Source: a virus | Virus record (IMG/VR): IMGVR_UViG_3300006028_000002 | Location: 24,064 to 88,063 of that record | Direction: 5' to 3' (one strand) | DNA length: 64,000 nt | Shown: positions 25,163-35,285 of the stretch, in pieces | Layout: the number at the start of each line of letters is the position of its first letter | Numbering within the stretch: the stretch's first letter is position 1 | The notes under the pieces: generated by a model | Seen by the model: only the letters and a program-made list of their open reading frames with translations | Database searches by the model: none | Told to the model about the DNA's origin: nothing | Made by a program: the position numbers and the translations under genes

Positions 25163-27676
25163 TTATTCGGTGAGGGTCAGCTCGCCCTGGGTGGCGTGGG
25201 TCAGCAGTGGACCGTGCGCATCGGCATCACTGCCGACATTCCGGGCGAGTGCGGCGGACGGGGCCCGCGCTGCGGCGGTGAGCTGGAACTCGTTTCGCTC
25301 GCGCAGCACCACGGACACCGAGTCGGGTACGTGCGCACGCACAACCCCGACCTCGGCACTGAACTCCATGGTGCCGGCGATCAGCGACGCCACCTGAGCA
25401 CCCGAGCCCGCCACGGTGGCGGTGAGAATCGCCGGAGCGTTGTCGTAGTGCAGCATCAGATCGCCGGCCGCGCCGGTAGCGCTAGACCCCAGCAGAGCCG
25501 CGTCGAGTGCTGCGGTTACCCCGGCTGCCGCGCCTGCCGCACTGGCTCCGGTCAGCGGGTAGGCGTCGTCGTGCGCCCCGGTCAGCGTGCTCGTGGTGCC
25601 GGTTGCGGTGGCCTCGATGAACACCGGGGCACCGTCGAACAGGGCCGACAGATCCCCCGCGCTGGCTACCCCGGATGCACTGACCTGGGGCGCGACGGTA
25701 GCCACCACGTCGGCAGTGACACCTGTAGCCGAGCCCGAACCAGCGGTGGCCAGCAGCGCGGACTCAATATCAGCGCTCAGATCAGCTGCGGTGCCGCTAC
25801 CGGTGGCCTCAATCAGCGTGGGGGAGGCGTCGTAGGCGGTGGTGGCGTCATCGGATTCGCCTGTGCCGGTGGCCTCGGACAGCGGGGATTCAACTTCACT
25901 GAAGACGCTGAAAATCAGCCCAAACGGGTTGCCGGTGCCGGTGGCCTCGATGATCGGCTGATCGGTGTCGGTGGCGTAGCCCACGTCAGCCGCGTCGCCC
26001 TGGACCTCGGCATCGGCCAGGATGACGGTGGTGTCGAACAGGGCACTGTGATCCTGTGCGATGCCCGAGCCGACCGCCGCGGTGGGAGCGGCCTCAATAT
26101 CAGCGCTGTTATCGGCTGCGGTACCGGAACCGGTGGCTTCGCTGATCGGGCATTCGAGATCGCTGGACAGGTCGCTGGCCGAACCGGTGCCGGTGGCCTC
26201 GGTGAGTGCGGCAGTCTCGTCGTAGGCGGTGGTCAGATCATTGGCGGTACTGGTTGCGGTGGCCGTGGTGAGGGAGGGGGCCGTGCCGGTGGCGTAGGTG
26301 ACGTCGGTGGCGCTGCCCGAGCCATCGGCGTCGATGAGTGCCGAGGTGACGTCGGTGGTCAGATCGTTGGCCGTGCCGGTGCCGGTGGCCTCGATGAGCG
26401 AAAACGCCAGCTCAAACGTGAGATCGGACGCCGTGCCGGTGGCATCCGCATCGGTCAGCGTGGCGCTGGTGCCGGTGGTGCTGGTGGCGCTCAGATCATT
26501 GGCGGTGCCGGTGCCATCGGCCTCGGTGAGATAGACATCGGCCTGGAATGCGACCACACCCGCGTTGCCGGTGCCATCGGCGTCGATGAGTGCCGAGTCG
26601 CTGGAACCGCTGACGCCTTGCCCGGCGCCCGAGCCGCTGGCTGAGCTGTAACTGGAGTCGCTGGACCCGGCTAGATCCGCAGCGGTGCCGGTGCCGGCGG
26701 CTGCCGAGGGGAAGACGCTGGCCGTGATGGTGTTATCGCCGGCCACCCCGGTACCGGCAGCATTGCCGAGCCCGGAATCGCTGGAGCCGGCCAAATCCTG
26801 CCCAGCACCGGTTGCGCTGGCGGTGGTGAGGGTGACCGCGTAGTCGTAGTTAGCGGTCAGGTCATTGGCTGCACCACTCGCGCTGGCTGAGCTGAAACTC
26901 GAGTCGCTGGAGCCGCTGACGCCTTGCGCGGTGCCAGTGGCGTCCGCATCGGTGGGGAAGACGCTGGCGGTGATGGTGAGATCGGACGCTGCGCCGGCAG
27001 CACTCGCGGTGCTGACACTCGAATCACTGGAGCCGGTCAAGTCATTCGCAGCACCACTACTGGCGGCGTTGGTAACGCCCGAATCCGAACTGCCGCCCGG
27101 GGCATTCGCGGTACCCGTACCATCGGCATCAGTCGGAAAAACGCTGGCCGTGATGGTCAGGTCATTGGCGGCTGAGGTGGCACTGGCGGAGCTGTAACTC
27201 GAATCGCTGGACCCGGCCAGGTCGCTGGCGGCACCGGTTGCGCTGGCCGAAGTAAACGACGCAGAGGTGTCATAAGTAGCGGTCAGATCGGATGCCGCGC
27301 CGATACCGTCCGCGTCGGTGAGGTTGCCAATAACATCAACAGATCCGGTCAGATCATTGGCGGTGCCCGCTGCGGTGGCCTCGCGCAGGTATCCTTCGAC
27401 ATAGCCGAAAGGACTGCCCGCCAGCGCGGTCTGGATCTCAAATCCACCGCCGGCATCTTGCGCGGCAGCCGTGGCATCGGCATCGATGAGGGCAGGGCTG
27501 GCGTCGCTGGTTGCGGTGAAATCATTGGCGGTACCCGTGGCGGTGGCCTCGGTGATGGCTGCCGAGACATCGGGACTAACACTGGGGAGAGTCCAGCAGG
27601 TTGGATAAAACCAGGGCCGCAGAGGATGACCTTGTTTGCGGGGGGCGCCACGGCCGGCGCGGTTTAGACTGCCCAC
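25163..27676 (-). CDS. Large A/T/G/S/D repeat virion protein (fibre-like)
   Basis: About 20-23 aa repeat, e.g. LTEATGTGTANDL; in late operon. Confidence 0.75.
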   Translation of the reverse strand: MGSLNRAGRGAPRKQGHPLRPWFYPTCWTLPSVSPDVSAAITEATATGTANDFTATSDASPALIDADATAAAQDAGGGFEIQTALAGSPFGYVEGYLREATAAGTANDLTGSVDVIGNLTDADGIGAASDLTATYDTSASFTSASATGAASDLAGSSDSSYSSASATSAANDLTITASVFPTDADGTGTANAPGGSSDSGVTNAASSGAANDLTGSSDSSVSTASAAGAASDLTITASVFPTDADATGTAQGVSGSSDSSFSSASASGAANDLTANYDYAVTLTTASATGAGQDLAGSSDSGLGNAAGTGVAGDNTITASVFPSAAAGTGTAADLAGSSDSSYSSASGSGAGQGVSGSSDSALIDADGTGNAGVVAFQADVYLTEADGTGTANDLSATSTTGTSATLTDADATGTASDLTFELAFSLIEATGTGTANDLTTDVTSALIDADGSGSATDVTYATGTAPSLTTATATSTANDLTTAYDETAALTEATGTGSASDLSSDLECPISEATGSGTAADNSADIEAAPTAAVGSGIAQDHSALFDTTVILADAEVQGDAADVGYATDTDQPIIEATGTGNPFGLIFSVFSEVESPLSEATGTGESDDATTAYDASPTLIEATGSGTAADLSADIESALLATAGSGSATGVTADVVATVAPQVSASGVASAGDLSALFDGAPVFIEATATGTTSTLTGAHDDAYPLTGASAAGAAAGVTAALDAALLGSSATGAAGDLMLHYDNAPAILTATVAGSGAQVASLIAGTMEFSAEVGVVRAHVPDSVSVVLRERNEFQLTAAARAPSAALARNVGSDADAHGPLLTHATQGELTLTE

Positions 27677-27694
27677 GGCTGCACCCCGTCAGTC

Positions 27695-28468
27695 TCAGCA
27701 GATAGCGTCGTGTGGTGCCACCGCGTTTGTCAGAATCCCCGGCGATCCCTTGAACCGCCACGGCGCCGGGCCCGGATTACCTGTGTTGTTCAGCTGCCAA
27801 TTGCCGTAGTACATGGTGGGCACATTCGCCACAGAGCTGTTCTGGAAACCGCAGTACCACCAGCTGGCAGTGGATGCGCCATAGTTCTGCCCCGTGACGC
27901 TGATCGTATCGGTGACCGTGGTGGTGTCGACATCGGTACCCGCAAAAAAGTTGGCGGACGCGCTACCCACGGATCCACTGGCGGTAAAGGCGAGCTCAAT
28001 TCGCGTCCATTGTCCGGTGAGTACGGTGATCGCACCCAACGATTGCGTACCGGCATTAAAGTTTTTCAGCACCCACAACACGGGTGCGCTGGAGGTGCGC
28101 AGATTGATCTGGAGCTGATCGTTGATGAGACTATTACTGCCGATACCGAATACCGTTTGATCGGCGACCAGTCCGGTAAATGATGTCACATAGATGTAGA
28201 ACCGCACATAGGTGGTCGTCTGAGTGCCCATCGAGGCATCCCATTGGACGTAAGGATTGTCCGCCGTAGCACCCGAGGACTGCCCGTAGACAAAGGTACT
28301 GGTGGGCCGATTGAGCCCAGCTCGGTTTGCGTCAATAAATTGTTGCACCGTACTGGCTGCCGGGTTACCGGTCACATCGAAAGCGTTATCCCCGAACTGC
28401 CCGCTATTCGAGGTGGTCAGCGTCGTGGTATCCGGGCCACCGTTGAAATTATTATTAAGGACGGTCAT
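27695..28468 (-). CDS. Beta-sandwich (LamG/lectin-like) virion protein
   Basis: TYVRFYIY, GQWTRIEL; beta-rich composition. Confidence 0.6.
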   Translation of the reverse strand: MTVLNNNFNGGPDTTTLTTSNSGQFGDNAFDVTGNPAASTVQQFIDANRAGLNRPTSTFVYGQSSGATADNPYVQWDASMGTQTTTYVRFYIYVTSFTGLVADQTVFGIGSNSLINDQLQINLRTSSAPVLWVLKNFNAGTQSLGAITVLTGQWTRIELAFTASGSVGSASANFFAGTDVDTTTVTDTISVTGQNYGASTASWWYCGFQNSSVANVPTMYYGNWQLNNTGNPGPAPWRFKGSPGILTNAVAPHDAIC

Positions 28469-28914
28469 TGCTCAATGTAAAGATTGATGGCCGCGGTGGT
28501 GGTGATCGTCGAGGTGCCCCGCAACGCCCGCAACACCGAAATCGGTTGGTAAATCTCCCGCCCAAACGGGTACAAAATGCTGTACATGCCGGGTAGTGGC
28601 AGCAGATAGATAGGCAGCTGACCGGCCGCGAAACTCGTAGGCTCAACAGTATCCGCCACTTTGACAGTACCCAGGGTCGCCGCGAGCGATTGATCCGGCC
28701 CAATCTTCTGTGGGGTAATCGTCGTGCCGGTTCCGGTCACAGTATAGGTACCCCATTGGATCGTCAGCGCACCAGCCGACGTCGCACCGCTGGTGACTTC
28801 CATGCAATAGACGACAAACGGCAGCGAGGCCCCGGTGGGAATCTCGATCATTGTTTTCGCGGTGGCTGCGGTCAGCGACACTGAGCCCGTACTAATACAG
28901 TATTGCAGCGCCAT
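28465..28914 (-). CDS. Virion protein, paralog of 29924-30409
   Basis: Similar N-terminus, GTTIT, (Y/L)P(F/L)GxE, C-terminal YIEQ versus VWTE. Confidence 0.7.
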   Translation of the reverse strand: MALQYCISTGSVSLTAATAKTMIEIPTGASLPFVVYCMEVTSGATSAGALTIQWGTYTVTGTGTTITPQKIGPDQSLAATLGTVKVADTVEPTSFAAGQLPIYLLPLPGMYSILYPFGREIYQPISVLRALRGTSTITTTAAINLYIEQ

Positions 28915-29145
28915 CTATTCGCTCTTTTCACTACCGCAGACATGGACGGGGGGCGCCTCTGGGCTGGCTCGTACACACAGACCGATGACCATGCCATTCT
29001 CATCAACAGTCGGATAGAGCTGCATGCCGTGCCAGTCGCCCACCGCACCGCATCCCGTGCATTTGTAATTCGCTCCGGCGTGCTGGAGCAGCGGCAAATC
29101 ATCAATTGGATGTGCCGGATTCTTGAACGGCGTGAACTCACCCAT
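28915..29145 (-). CDS. Small zinc-ribbon protein
   Basis: KCTGCG...HVC; RBS aggag. Confidence 0.6.
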   Translation of the reverse strand: MGEFTPFKNPAHPIDDLPLLQHAGANYKCTGCGAVGDWHGMQLYPTVDENGMVIGLCVRASPEAPPVHVCGSEKSE

Positions 29146-29147
29146 GA

Positions 29148-29687
29148 TCAGTCTCCTGGCATGATTCCGGCGACGGCGCTGAACACGCTGTTGACGGTGA
29201 ACATTAAATTGCTGTCCGTCTCCATCTTCTGCACAGTCCCGGTCGCCCCACCGACACCATCACCGGGCTGCGGGATCGAGAAGGTAGTGGTACTGATGAC
29301 CGTGATCACCCAGCTACCATTAGCGGCAGTGTTGACGGTGTGCCCGAGAATCTCCACCACGTCGCCGCTGGTGTAGCCGTGTGCCGCTGCGGTGGTGATG
29401 ACAATCGGATTCGCGTTAGTCGATGAAGTGATGGCAATAGGGTTAAACCAACTCAACGCCGAGCCAGGATCGGAAGCCACCGCATTGGTGAATGCCGCGA
29501 GTGTCGCGGTGGGTGAAGTCAGTACACGGATCGCGAGCAAGCGCCGTTTCGACCACACGGTCGCAGTCATAGCAGCCTGCGCCTCACTGCTGACCTGGAC
29601 AGCGGCCTTGACCATAGCGAGTTGGATGCGCTGCTGGAATGAGGCATCGGCAATGAGTTGCGCGCCCTGGCCCAACGTGAGTGCCAT
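29148..29687 (-). CDS. Virion protein with FCCH-like beta domain
   Basis: AITSSTNANPIVITTAAAHGYTSGDVV...NGSWVITVISTTTFSI. Confidence 0.7.
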   Translation of the reverse strand: MALTLGQGAQLIADASFQQRIQLAMVKAAVQVSSEAQAAMTATVWSKRRLLAIRVLTSPTATLAAFTNAVASDPGSALSWFNPIAITSSTNANPIVITTAAAHGYTSGDVVEILGHTVNTAANGSWVITVISTTTFSIPQPGDGVGGATGTVQKMETDSNLMFTVNSVFSAVAGIMPGD

Positions 29688-29700
29688 TCAGTCTCCCCCT

Positions 29701-29889
29701 TTAGGCGACGATGATTCCGGCGTCCACGGTGCCGCCCAAGTCTTGAGCAAAACCCGTGCTATCAGCATCGGTTACCGTTGCGCTTGTATCTGCGGCGCCA
29801 CGAGCCCGGGGCAGCGCTGGACCGGGAATAAGAACGGGGGACGGCGAGGGTGCCAGCCATCTCAAGCCCCCGGCACGGCGACGAGACAT
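29701..29889 (-). CDS. Mini-protein with one unit of the repeat family
   Basis: RBS gaggtg; VTDADSTGFAQDL matches the repeat of 25163-27676. Confidence 0.6.
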   Translation of the reverse strand: MSRRRAGGLRWLAPSPSPVLIPGPALPRARGAADTSATVTDADSTGFAQDLGGTVDAGIIVA

Positions 29890-29923
29890 CGCGTCACCTC
29901 ACCACGCAATGTGCCAACACGAG

Positions 29924-30409
29924 CTATTCAGTCCACACGAGATAACTGGTGACCGCGACAATGGCCGGCGCTACGCACTGAACGCCCAGCCCCGCGCCTG
30001 CTGTGGCCGGAAAAGCGGGCTCCTGCCCTAGTGGTAATTGCACGACAATCCCGGACGTGGGCGGCACATACCACGTCCGCAAAATAACGCCCACGGTGGG
30101 CGCAGTAGTGGCATAAACACCAGGTGATGCGGTGGTCGGCATATACGCGGTGCACAGACTGCCCGGCGCGGAGGAGTCCAGCGGGGTCGCCGCCTGAGTA
30201 ATCGTGCCGCCGCCCACCGGGGCGACTGTGGTACGGACCAGACGCACAATCACGGGCACCGCTGTAGCTGTGACGCCGTTAAACGTCACGGACAACTCAT
30301 TAGCGACCATGCGCCGGGTGGTGCCCGTTGAGGCAACATCCAGCACGACGAGTGCGGCTCCTGCACCCAGGTTGATGGCCTCGGATGCCGCCACATAAAG
30401 ATCAGCCAC
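29924..30409 (-). CDS. Virion protein, paralog of 28465-28914
   Basis: RBS aaggag; similarity as above. Confidence 0.7.
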   Translation of the reverse strand: MADLYVAASEAINLGAGAALVVLDVASTGTTRRMVANELSVTFNGVTATAVPVIVRLVRTTVAPVGGGTITQAATPLDSSAPGSLCTAYMPTTASPGVYATTAPTVGVILRTWYVPPTSGIVVQLPLGQEPAFPATAGAGLGVQCVAPAIVAVTSYLVWTE

Positions 30410-30427
30410 GGGACGGCTCCTTTTTGA

Positions 30428-31120
30428 TCACCAGAATACGGCGCGTTTTACGGCCTGACTGATAACGCGCGGGCGGATCGGCGTAACCGCTGACAAGGGT
30501 GTGAGCTCCAGAGCGATGCCCAACCAAGACAAGCTCGTATTGGTAGCACCTATCGTTTTGGTTCCCACCGCACCCGCGTTGAGGTAGTACCCGCCATAAA
30601 ATGTGCCGAAGAATGTATCGTTTTGTAGCGTGGCCTGGGTGTAAGAGCCCGCAGTGGCCGTACTGTATGTCAAGACAGTGTTAGCGCCATTGGCATCGGT
30701 CATCAGCATGACGATCGCGCTATTAGCCACGGTGGTGGCGATGGTAAACGTCGCTGCGGCGACTGCGCTAGAACTGGCGCTAGCGGTAGCCCCGATACCC
30801 GCCACTCCAGTAAAACTATAAGCGGTGTATGACCATTTTGTACTGCCGGTAGACAACGCTTGTGACAGCGTGAATGTCTGGCCAGAGCCGATGGGGGCCG
30901 ACCACATCTCAGCCGCGAGGATAGCGTTGGAGTCTACTATGGATATCCGCGGAGTATAGGTGTAGCTCCCACCAGAGGGGGTAGCGAAATTCAGGGCGCC
31001 GGTCTCAATCCACGAAATGACGAGCAGCATATCGCTGGCATTGACGGTCACTGATTCTGTTTTAGGCGTGGTGGTGCTGATAGCGATAGGCCCGGTCTGC
31101 ACACCGAAGGCGATAGCCAC
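30428..31120 (-). CDS. Virion protein, paralog of the N-terminal domain of 31496-33445
   Basis: KTESVTVNASDMLLV versus KTGSVTVAANDVLVI; YLNAGAVGTKTIG versus YLNAGAIATKSIG. Confidence 0.7.
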   Translation of the reverse strand: MAIAFGVQTGPIAISTTTPKTESVTVNASDMLLVISWIETGALNFATPSGGSYTYTPRISIVDSNAILAAEMWSAPIGSGQTFTLSQALSTGSTKWSYTAYSFTGVAGIGATASASSSAVAAATFTIATTVANSAIVMLMTDANGANTVLTYSTATAGSYTQATLQNDTFFGTFYGGYYLNAGAVGTKTIGATNTSLSWLGIALELTPLSAVTPIRPRVISQAVKRAVFW

Positions 31121-31164
31121 AGACCACACCCCCGGCCGTCATTGCTCTTGCTAGACTGACCGGC

Positions 31165-31506
31165 ATGCCCGATACGGAATTGCACTATCAACTCTACGAG
31201 CTGCGGCATGAAGTACCCTATGGGGTGACGATCAGACTCCCCGACACCGCCATAGCCATCACCCAGTCAGGCCCCGGTCGTGGCTGGCGCGTCGACCACT
31301 ATCGGGATGACGGCGTGATGCTGGAAAGCTGGATCATTCATCCCGACTGGATACACGGCTACGTCGTCAACTTTAACGAGCACAAAAACTCCTGGCTGTA
31401 TGCCTCTGTTTGGCTGGAATGGCCGAATAGCGATGCGGCGGAACCAATGGCCATTGCGGTGTACACGTCGGGTGTGCCCTATCTGCCGCCAAGCACTAAT
31501 CGGTGA
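31165..31506 (+). CDS. Hypothetical protein, antisense moron
   Basis: Extended -10 TGC-TAGACT 7 nt before ATG (leaderless). Confidence 0.65.
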   Translation: MPDTELHYQLYELRHEVPYGVTIRLPDTAIAITQSGPGRGWRVDHYRDDGVMLESWIIHPDWIHGYVVNFNEHKNSWLYASVWLEWPNSDAAEPMAIAVYTSGVPYLPPSTNR

Positions 31507-33445
31507 GCTGCACGTCCACCACGTAGCGCCGGGTCATGATGCCGGGGGTATCGGGGATGTCCGCGTAGCGCAGCTGAATCACACCAGCGCGCACCGGCCA
31601 CGGCCGATAGGGAATAATGCTGTAGCTCAAATCGGATGCCTGCGCGCTAGCCTGCGCTCCGGTGGTGGACGGGCTCGTGTCCAGCTGCACCAGCAAATCC
31701 AGCGCGCTGGCGTTGACCGTGGCCAGCTGCCCGGAAACATCGGATCCGAATCCCACGCCGGCCGCGGTGGCTGTGGTTAACGCCCCCCCGAGCGCTCCCT
31801 CCGGCCAGCCGCCCAGATCAGCTGCCGTGGCGACCGCATTGCTGGCGCTGTACGCCACGTCCACGCTGGCGGTCAAGGTTTGGGCTGCCCCGGTAGCGCT
31901 TGCCCCGGTGAGGGTGCCAGCGTCGTCGTGGATGGCGGTGAGGTCACTGGCAGCGCCGCTGGCGTCCGCGTCGATGAGTAGGGGGCTGCCAGGGGTGTTG
32001 CTGTTGAGGGTCTGCGCTACCCCGGTGCCGGTGGCGTTGCCCAGTGAGTAGGCATCGTCGTGAGCAGCGCTGACGTCCTGCGCAGCACCTGTAACGCTCG
32101 CGGTAGTGAAAGACGGGCCGGCATCGAGGTTGACGCTCAATCCCTGCGCGGCGCCCGAGCCATCGGCATCGGTACAAGTGGCTACGACGTCGAAATTGGC
32201 CGCCATGTCGCTGGCAGCACCCGTGGCCGTGGCCGTGGTAAGGGAAGGCCCGGCGTCCAGTTTGACGCTCAGATCATTAGCCGTGCCGGTAGCTGACGCA
32301 GCGGTATCTGTAGGCGCGCCGTCATAGTTGGCCGTAAGATCACTCGACGCACCGGCTCCGGTAGCGCTACCGGGGCCGGAGTCCACCTGGCCACCCACGC
32401 CGGCTGCCGTGCCCGAGCCATCAGCATCGATGGTGCCGGCATCAATCTGGGTGGTAAGGCTTTGTGCCGCACCCGAGCCGGCCGCCTCAGCAGTTAGCGG
32501 CGAGTCACTGGATCCACCGAGGCTCTGTGCGGCCCCGGTGCCGGCCGCCTCCGCAGACAGGAACACGCTGGCCGCGAGGGTGACATCCCAGGCTGTTGAG
32601 CTCGTGCTGGCTGTACCAATACCGGCGTCAGCGCCGCCGCCCTGGTCCTGTGCGACACCAATGCCGGTGGCACTGCCAGGCGTGGCCGCGAAATCGTAGT
32701 TAGCACTCAGATCGTTGGCAGTACCGGTGCCGCTGGCCGCGGTGTAGCTCGAATCGCTGGATCCGGTGACGTCTTGCGCTGCCCCGGTGGCGGTTGCGGC
32801 GGTGAGGGTGCCGCTGGCATCCGCTGAGGCGGTGTGAATCTCCAGGGCGCTGATATTGGAGCTGAATGATCCGGAGGGGGAGGAAACCCCGATGCTCTTG
32901 GTAGCGATCGCTCCGGCGTTCAGATAGATGCCCGGGTAATTGGAAATCGTGCCGTTGGTGGTGCCCTCGGCCGTAAACGAGCCCGCATCCGAGGTGATCC
33001 AGGTGACCGGGCCACCGCTGTCCGCGTCTTTCAAAATGATGGCAATAGCCGAGTTGGCTGCGCCCGCCGCAATCGTGGTGTTTTCGGTACCGGTGGCAGC
33101 ATCCGCATAGGCTGCGGTACCGCCGAAAGTGCCATCCGCCCCAGTGAGCCGCAACACGATGCAGCCCCAGACAACCCCGGCGGTGGATGAAACGGTGAGC
33201 GTAAACGTTTGCGTCCCCGAGCTGGGCGCCGTGATGATGGCACTGGAGCCATAGGTGGTGTTTTTGTTGACCCGGTTCGTATAGGTCAGCGCTGGGCTGC
33301 CCCCGGAGGCGGAGAATGTATTACTTAATCCACCAGAGCAGCACAAGATGACCAGCACGTCGTTTGCGGCGACCGTGACACTGCCCGTTTTGTTTCCGGT
33401 GCCGGTCCACGTATCGATGTAGGTTGCCGCAACTGCAATGGCCAC
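31496..33445 (-). CDS. Virion protein: beta domain plus A/T/G/S repeats
   Basis: Same repeat as 25163-27676 (ATGTANDL, GSSDS). Confidence 0.75.
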   Translation of the reverse strand: MAIAVAATYIDTWTGTGNKTGSVTVAANDVLVILCCSGGLSNTFSASGGSPALTYTNRVNKNTTYGSSAIITAPSSGTQTFTLTVSSTAGVVWGCIVLRLTGADGTFGGTAAYADAATGTENTTIAAGAANSAIAIILKDADSGGPVTWITSDAGSFTAEGTTNGTISNYPGIYLNAGAIATKSIGVSSPSGSFSSNISALEIHTASADASGTLTAATATGAAQDVTGSSDSSYTAASGTGTANDLSANYDFAATPGSATGIGVAQDQGGGADAGIGTASTSSTAWDVTLAASVFLSAEAAGTGAAQSLGGSSDSPLTAEAAGSGAAQSLTTQIDAGTIDADGSGTAAGVGGQVDSGPGSATGAGASSDLTANYDGAPTDTAASATGTANDLSVKLDAGPSLTTATATGAASDMAANFDVVATCTDADGSGAAQGLSVNLDAGPSFTTASVTGAAQDVSAAHDDAYSLGNATGTGVAQTLNSNTPGSPLLIDADASGAASDLTAIHDDAGTLTGASATGAAQTLTASVDVAYSASNAVATAADLGGWPEGALGGALTTATAAGVGFGSDVSGQLATVNASALDLLVQLDTSPSTTGAQASAQASDLSYSIIPYRPWPVRAGVIQLRYADIPDTPGIMTRRYVVDVQLTD

Positions 33446-33506
33446 GCAGCCCACCTACCCTGTCAGATCCGGCCCCATCCCCGCATTGTGGGACACCACA
33501 AAAAAT

Positions 33507-33998
33507 TCACAGGGTAAACAGCATCATCCCGTTCGCCGGGATCACCACGGTGAGCTTACCGCTGGAAACCGCCACCGCTGACCCGAACTGGTTAAAACAG
33601 ATTCCCTGTTTGGCGACCGGCGTTGCGATGGTGAAATCGTAAATGAACACTCCCTGAATATTGCTCATTGTCGCGGCGGTGCCGCTCACCGGGTTGGTGG
33701 CCGTCGTGAATTTCACCTGGGCGGACACCGAGACATCGATGGTGGGCGTCGTGATGTTGACGCCGCCCTGCGCCCACTGGCCCGTTTGGTACACCTGGGG
33801 AGTCCCGGTCGCACCGCCGGTCGCCGACCACACTCCGGCGCTGTAGGCGAAGTTAGCGGCGGTCACATTCTGGTCAGGGGTGATGGTGTTGTCATACAAC
33901 GCCATCGTAATAGTGTGCGTGTCAAGGTCAAAGGCAGCGGTCTGAGTGAAAAGATCCGCGAGAAACTGCCGGGAAACCTTACTTGCTGTCCAGGCCAT
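33507..33998 (-). CDS. Conserved virion structural protein
   Basis: FDLDTHTITMALYDNTITPD; RBS ggagg. Confidence 0.7.
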   Translation of the reverse strand: MAWTASKVSRQFLADLFTQTAAFDLDTHTITMALYDNTITPDQNVTAANFAYSAGVWSATGGATGTPQVYQTGQWAQGGVNITTPTIDVSVSAQVKFTTATNPVSGTAATMSNIQGVFIYDFTIATPVAKQGICFNQFGSAVAVSSGKLTVVIPANGMMLFTL

Positions 33999-34299
33999 CG
34001 CGGGCCTCCTCTATATCGTCTGCGTCCGCCACTGCGGTATCCGGGTAAGCACAGGTATCAAAAGAACCATCAGGGCGTTCGGTGTAGACGGCGCTCACCG
34101 GTCGGCCATTGTCATCGGTGTTGACCCGATTGCGCCCCACATAATCCCCGCGTTCCATCACCACGTGGCGCGTTTTGCTACCCGGGGGTACGAGGGGAAC
34201 CATAAGCCCAGCCACCGAGGGACACGGATGCAGCGGCATCGAGGCATCAACAGTGCGCGCCGTCGCCGAGCACTTCTCGCATTCCCACATATGGATCAC
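33979..34299 (-). CDS. Zinc-ribbon hypothetical protein
   Basis: WECEKC...HPCP...ERGDYVG. Confidence 0.65.
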   Translation of the reverse strand: MIHMWECEKCSATARTVDASMPLHPCPSVAGLMVPLVPPGSKTRHVVMERGDYVGRNRVNTDDNGRPVSAVYTERPDGSFDTCAYPDTAVADADDIEEARDGLDSK

Positions 34300-34317
34300 A
34301 AGAATCTCTCCCTCAAC

Positions 34318-34758
34318 TCACGCCGATGGCCGGGCCGCCTCAAAATCCACCTCGTACACTTGGTTGACGATGCGCGATTTGTAACCGGTAATCGGGTCCG
34401 TCATCTCAGCTTGCACAATGACTAGCGGGCACCGCCAAGCATTTGTCTGGGTGGGGGCCACGTGAATAGACACCCGGTTGGGGAAGTCCTGACCCCCGGC
34501 GGTGATCGTGCCCCAGCTAGGATCGGTGGGCGTGGTGTCCCACTCGGACACGATCGGCATGGTCATCCGGTAGCGCCACGTCAGATACAGCGGGCGCCCC
34601 AACACGAAACGCTGGTACAACGCGCGCGCCACCGCATGCACGGTAAACCCGGTGACGTTGACCAGGCTGCCCGTGCGCACGTCGCGGATATTGTCGGCCT
34701 CGATCCAACAGTCGGTGCCCTGGAGAATAACCCCCTGATTACCGGGAACGGTGGGCAT
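34318..34758 (-). CDS. Hypothetical virion-associated protein
   Basis: TGATG overlap; ILQGTD... Confidence 0.65.
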   Translation of the reverse strand: MPTVPGNQGVILQGTDCWIEADNIRDVRTGSLVNVTGFTVHAVARALYQRFVLGRPLYLTWRYRMTMPIVSEWDTTPTDPSWGTITAGGQDFPNRVSIHVAPTQTNAWRCPLVIVQAEMTDPITGYKSRIVNQVYEVDFEAARPSA

Positions 34759-35270
34759 CAGTAATCCCCGATGATCGTAGAAGGCCCGAGTGCAGTGACA
34801 ATCAAAGAAGTGGGGGAGACCGCGGTCAACGTGCCGGTACCAGAGCCAATCCGCACGATGCTACCTGCGAAATAATCAAGCTCAGCCGCAGTGGTTTTAT
34901 AGATAACACGCAGGGTGCCGCGATTCTGTTCGGGAGTGATATAGGTACCGATAGCCGCGCACTCGCCCAAAATAGTGCCGCTCACCGAGGTCAACCTTAT
35001 TTTCATGGACACATCATTACCGGCGGCTGAGGCCACAAAATACAAATTAAAATCCAACTGAAAAACGCTATTGGCGGTCAGCGCCAAAGTCTGAGTATCG
35101 ATGACAATAGTCTCGATAGTTGCCACTGCGGCACCGGCTGAGGTCTGGCGTTTACCACCAATCACCCCGAGCGCATCCACTGCGGTAGCGAGCGACTGAA
35201 TGTCAGCGGGAACGTTGGGCGAGGCGGACAACGCCGGATAGGGAAGCCCATACTTGGAGGTGGTAGGCAC
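34758..35270 (-). CDS. Minor tail protein
   Basis: YGLPYPALSASPNVPADIQSLATAVD N-terminus typical of actinophage minor tail proteins. Confidence 0.7.
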   Translation of the reverse strand: MPTTSKYGLPYPALSASPNVPADIQSLATAVDALGVIGGKRQTSAGAAVATIETIVIDTQTLALTANSVFQLDFNLYFVASAAGNDVSMKIRLTSVSGTILGECAAIGTYITPEQNRGTLRVIYKTTAAELDYFAGSIVRIGSGTGTLTAVSPTSLIVTALGPSTIIGDY

Positions 35271-35285
35271 TCCGTTACCTCCAAT

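Noticed and set aside
25163-33445. Diversity-generating retroelement or invertible tail-fibre switch
   Set aside because: No reverse transcriptase, no adenine-specific TR/VR pair noticed, no invertase or flanking inverted sites; all paralogs are co-oriented
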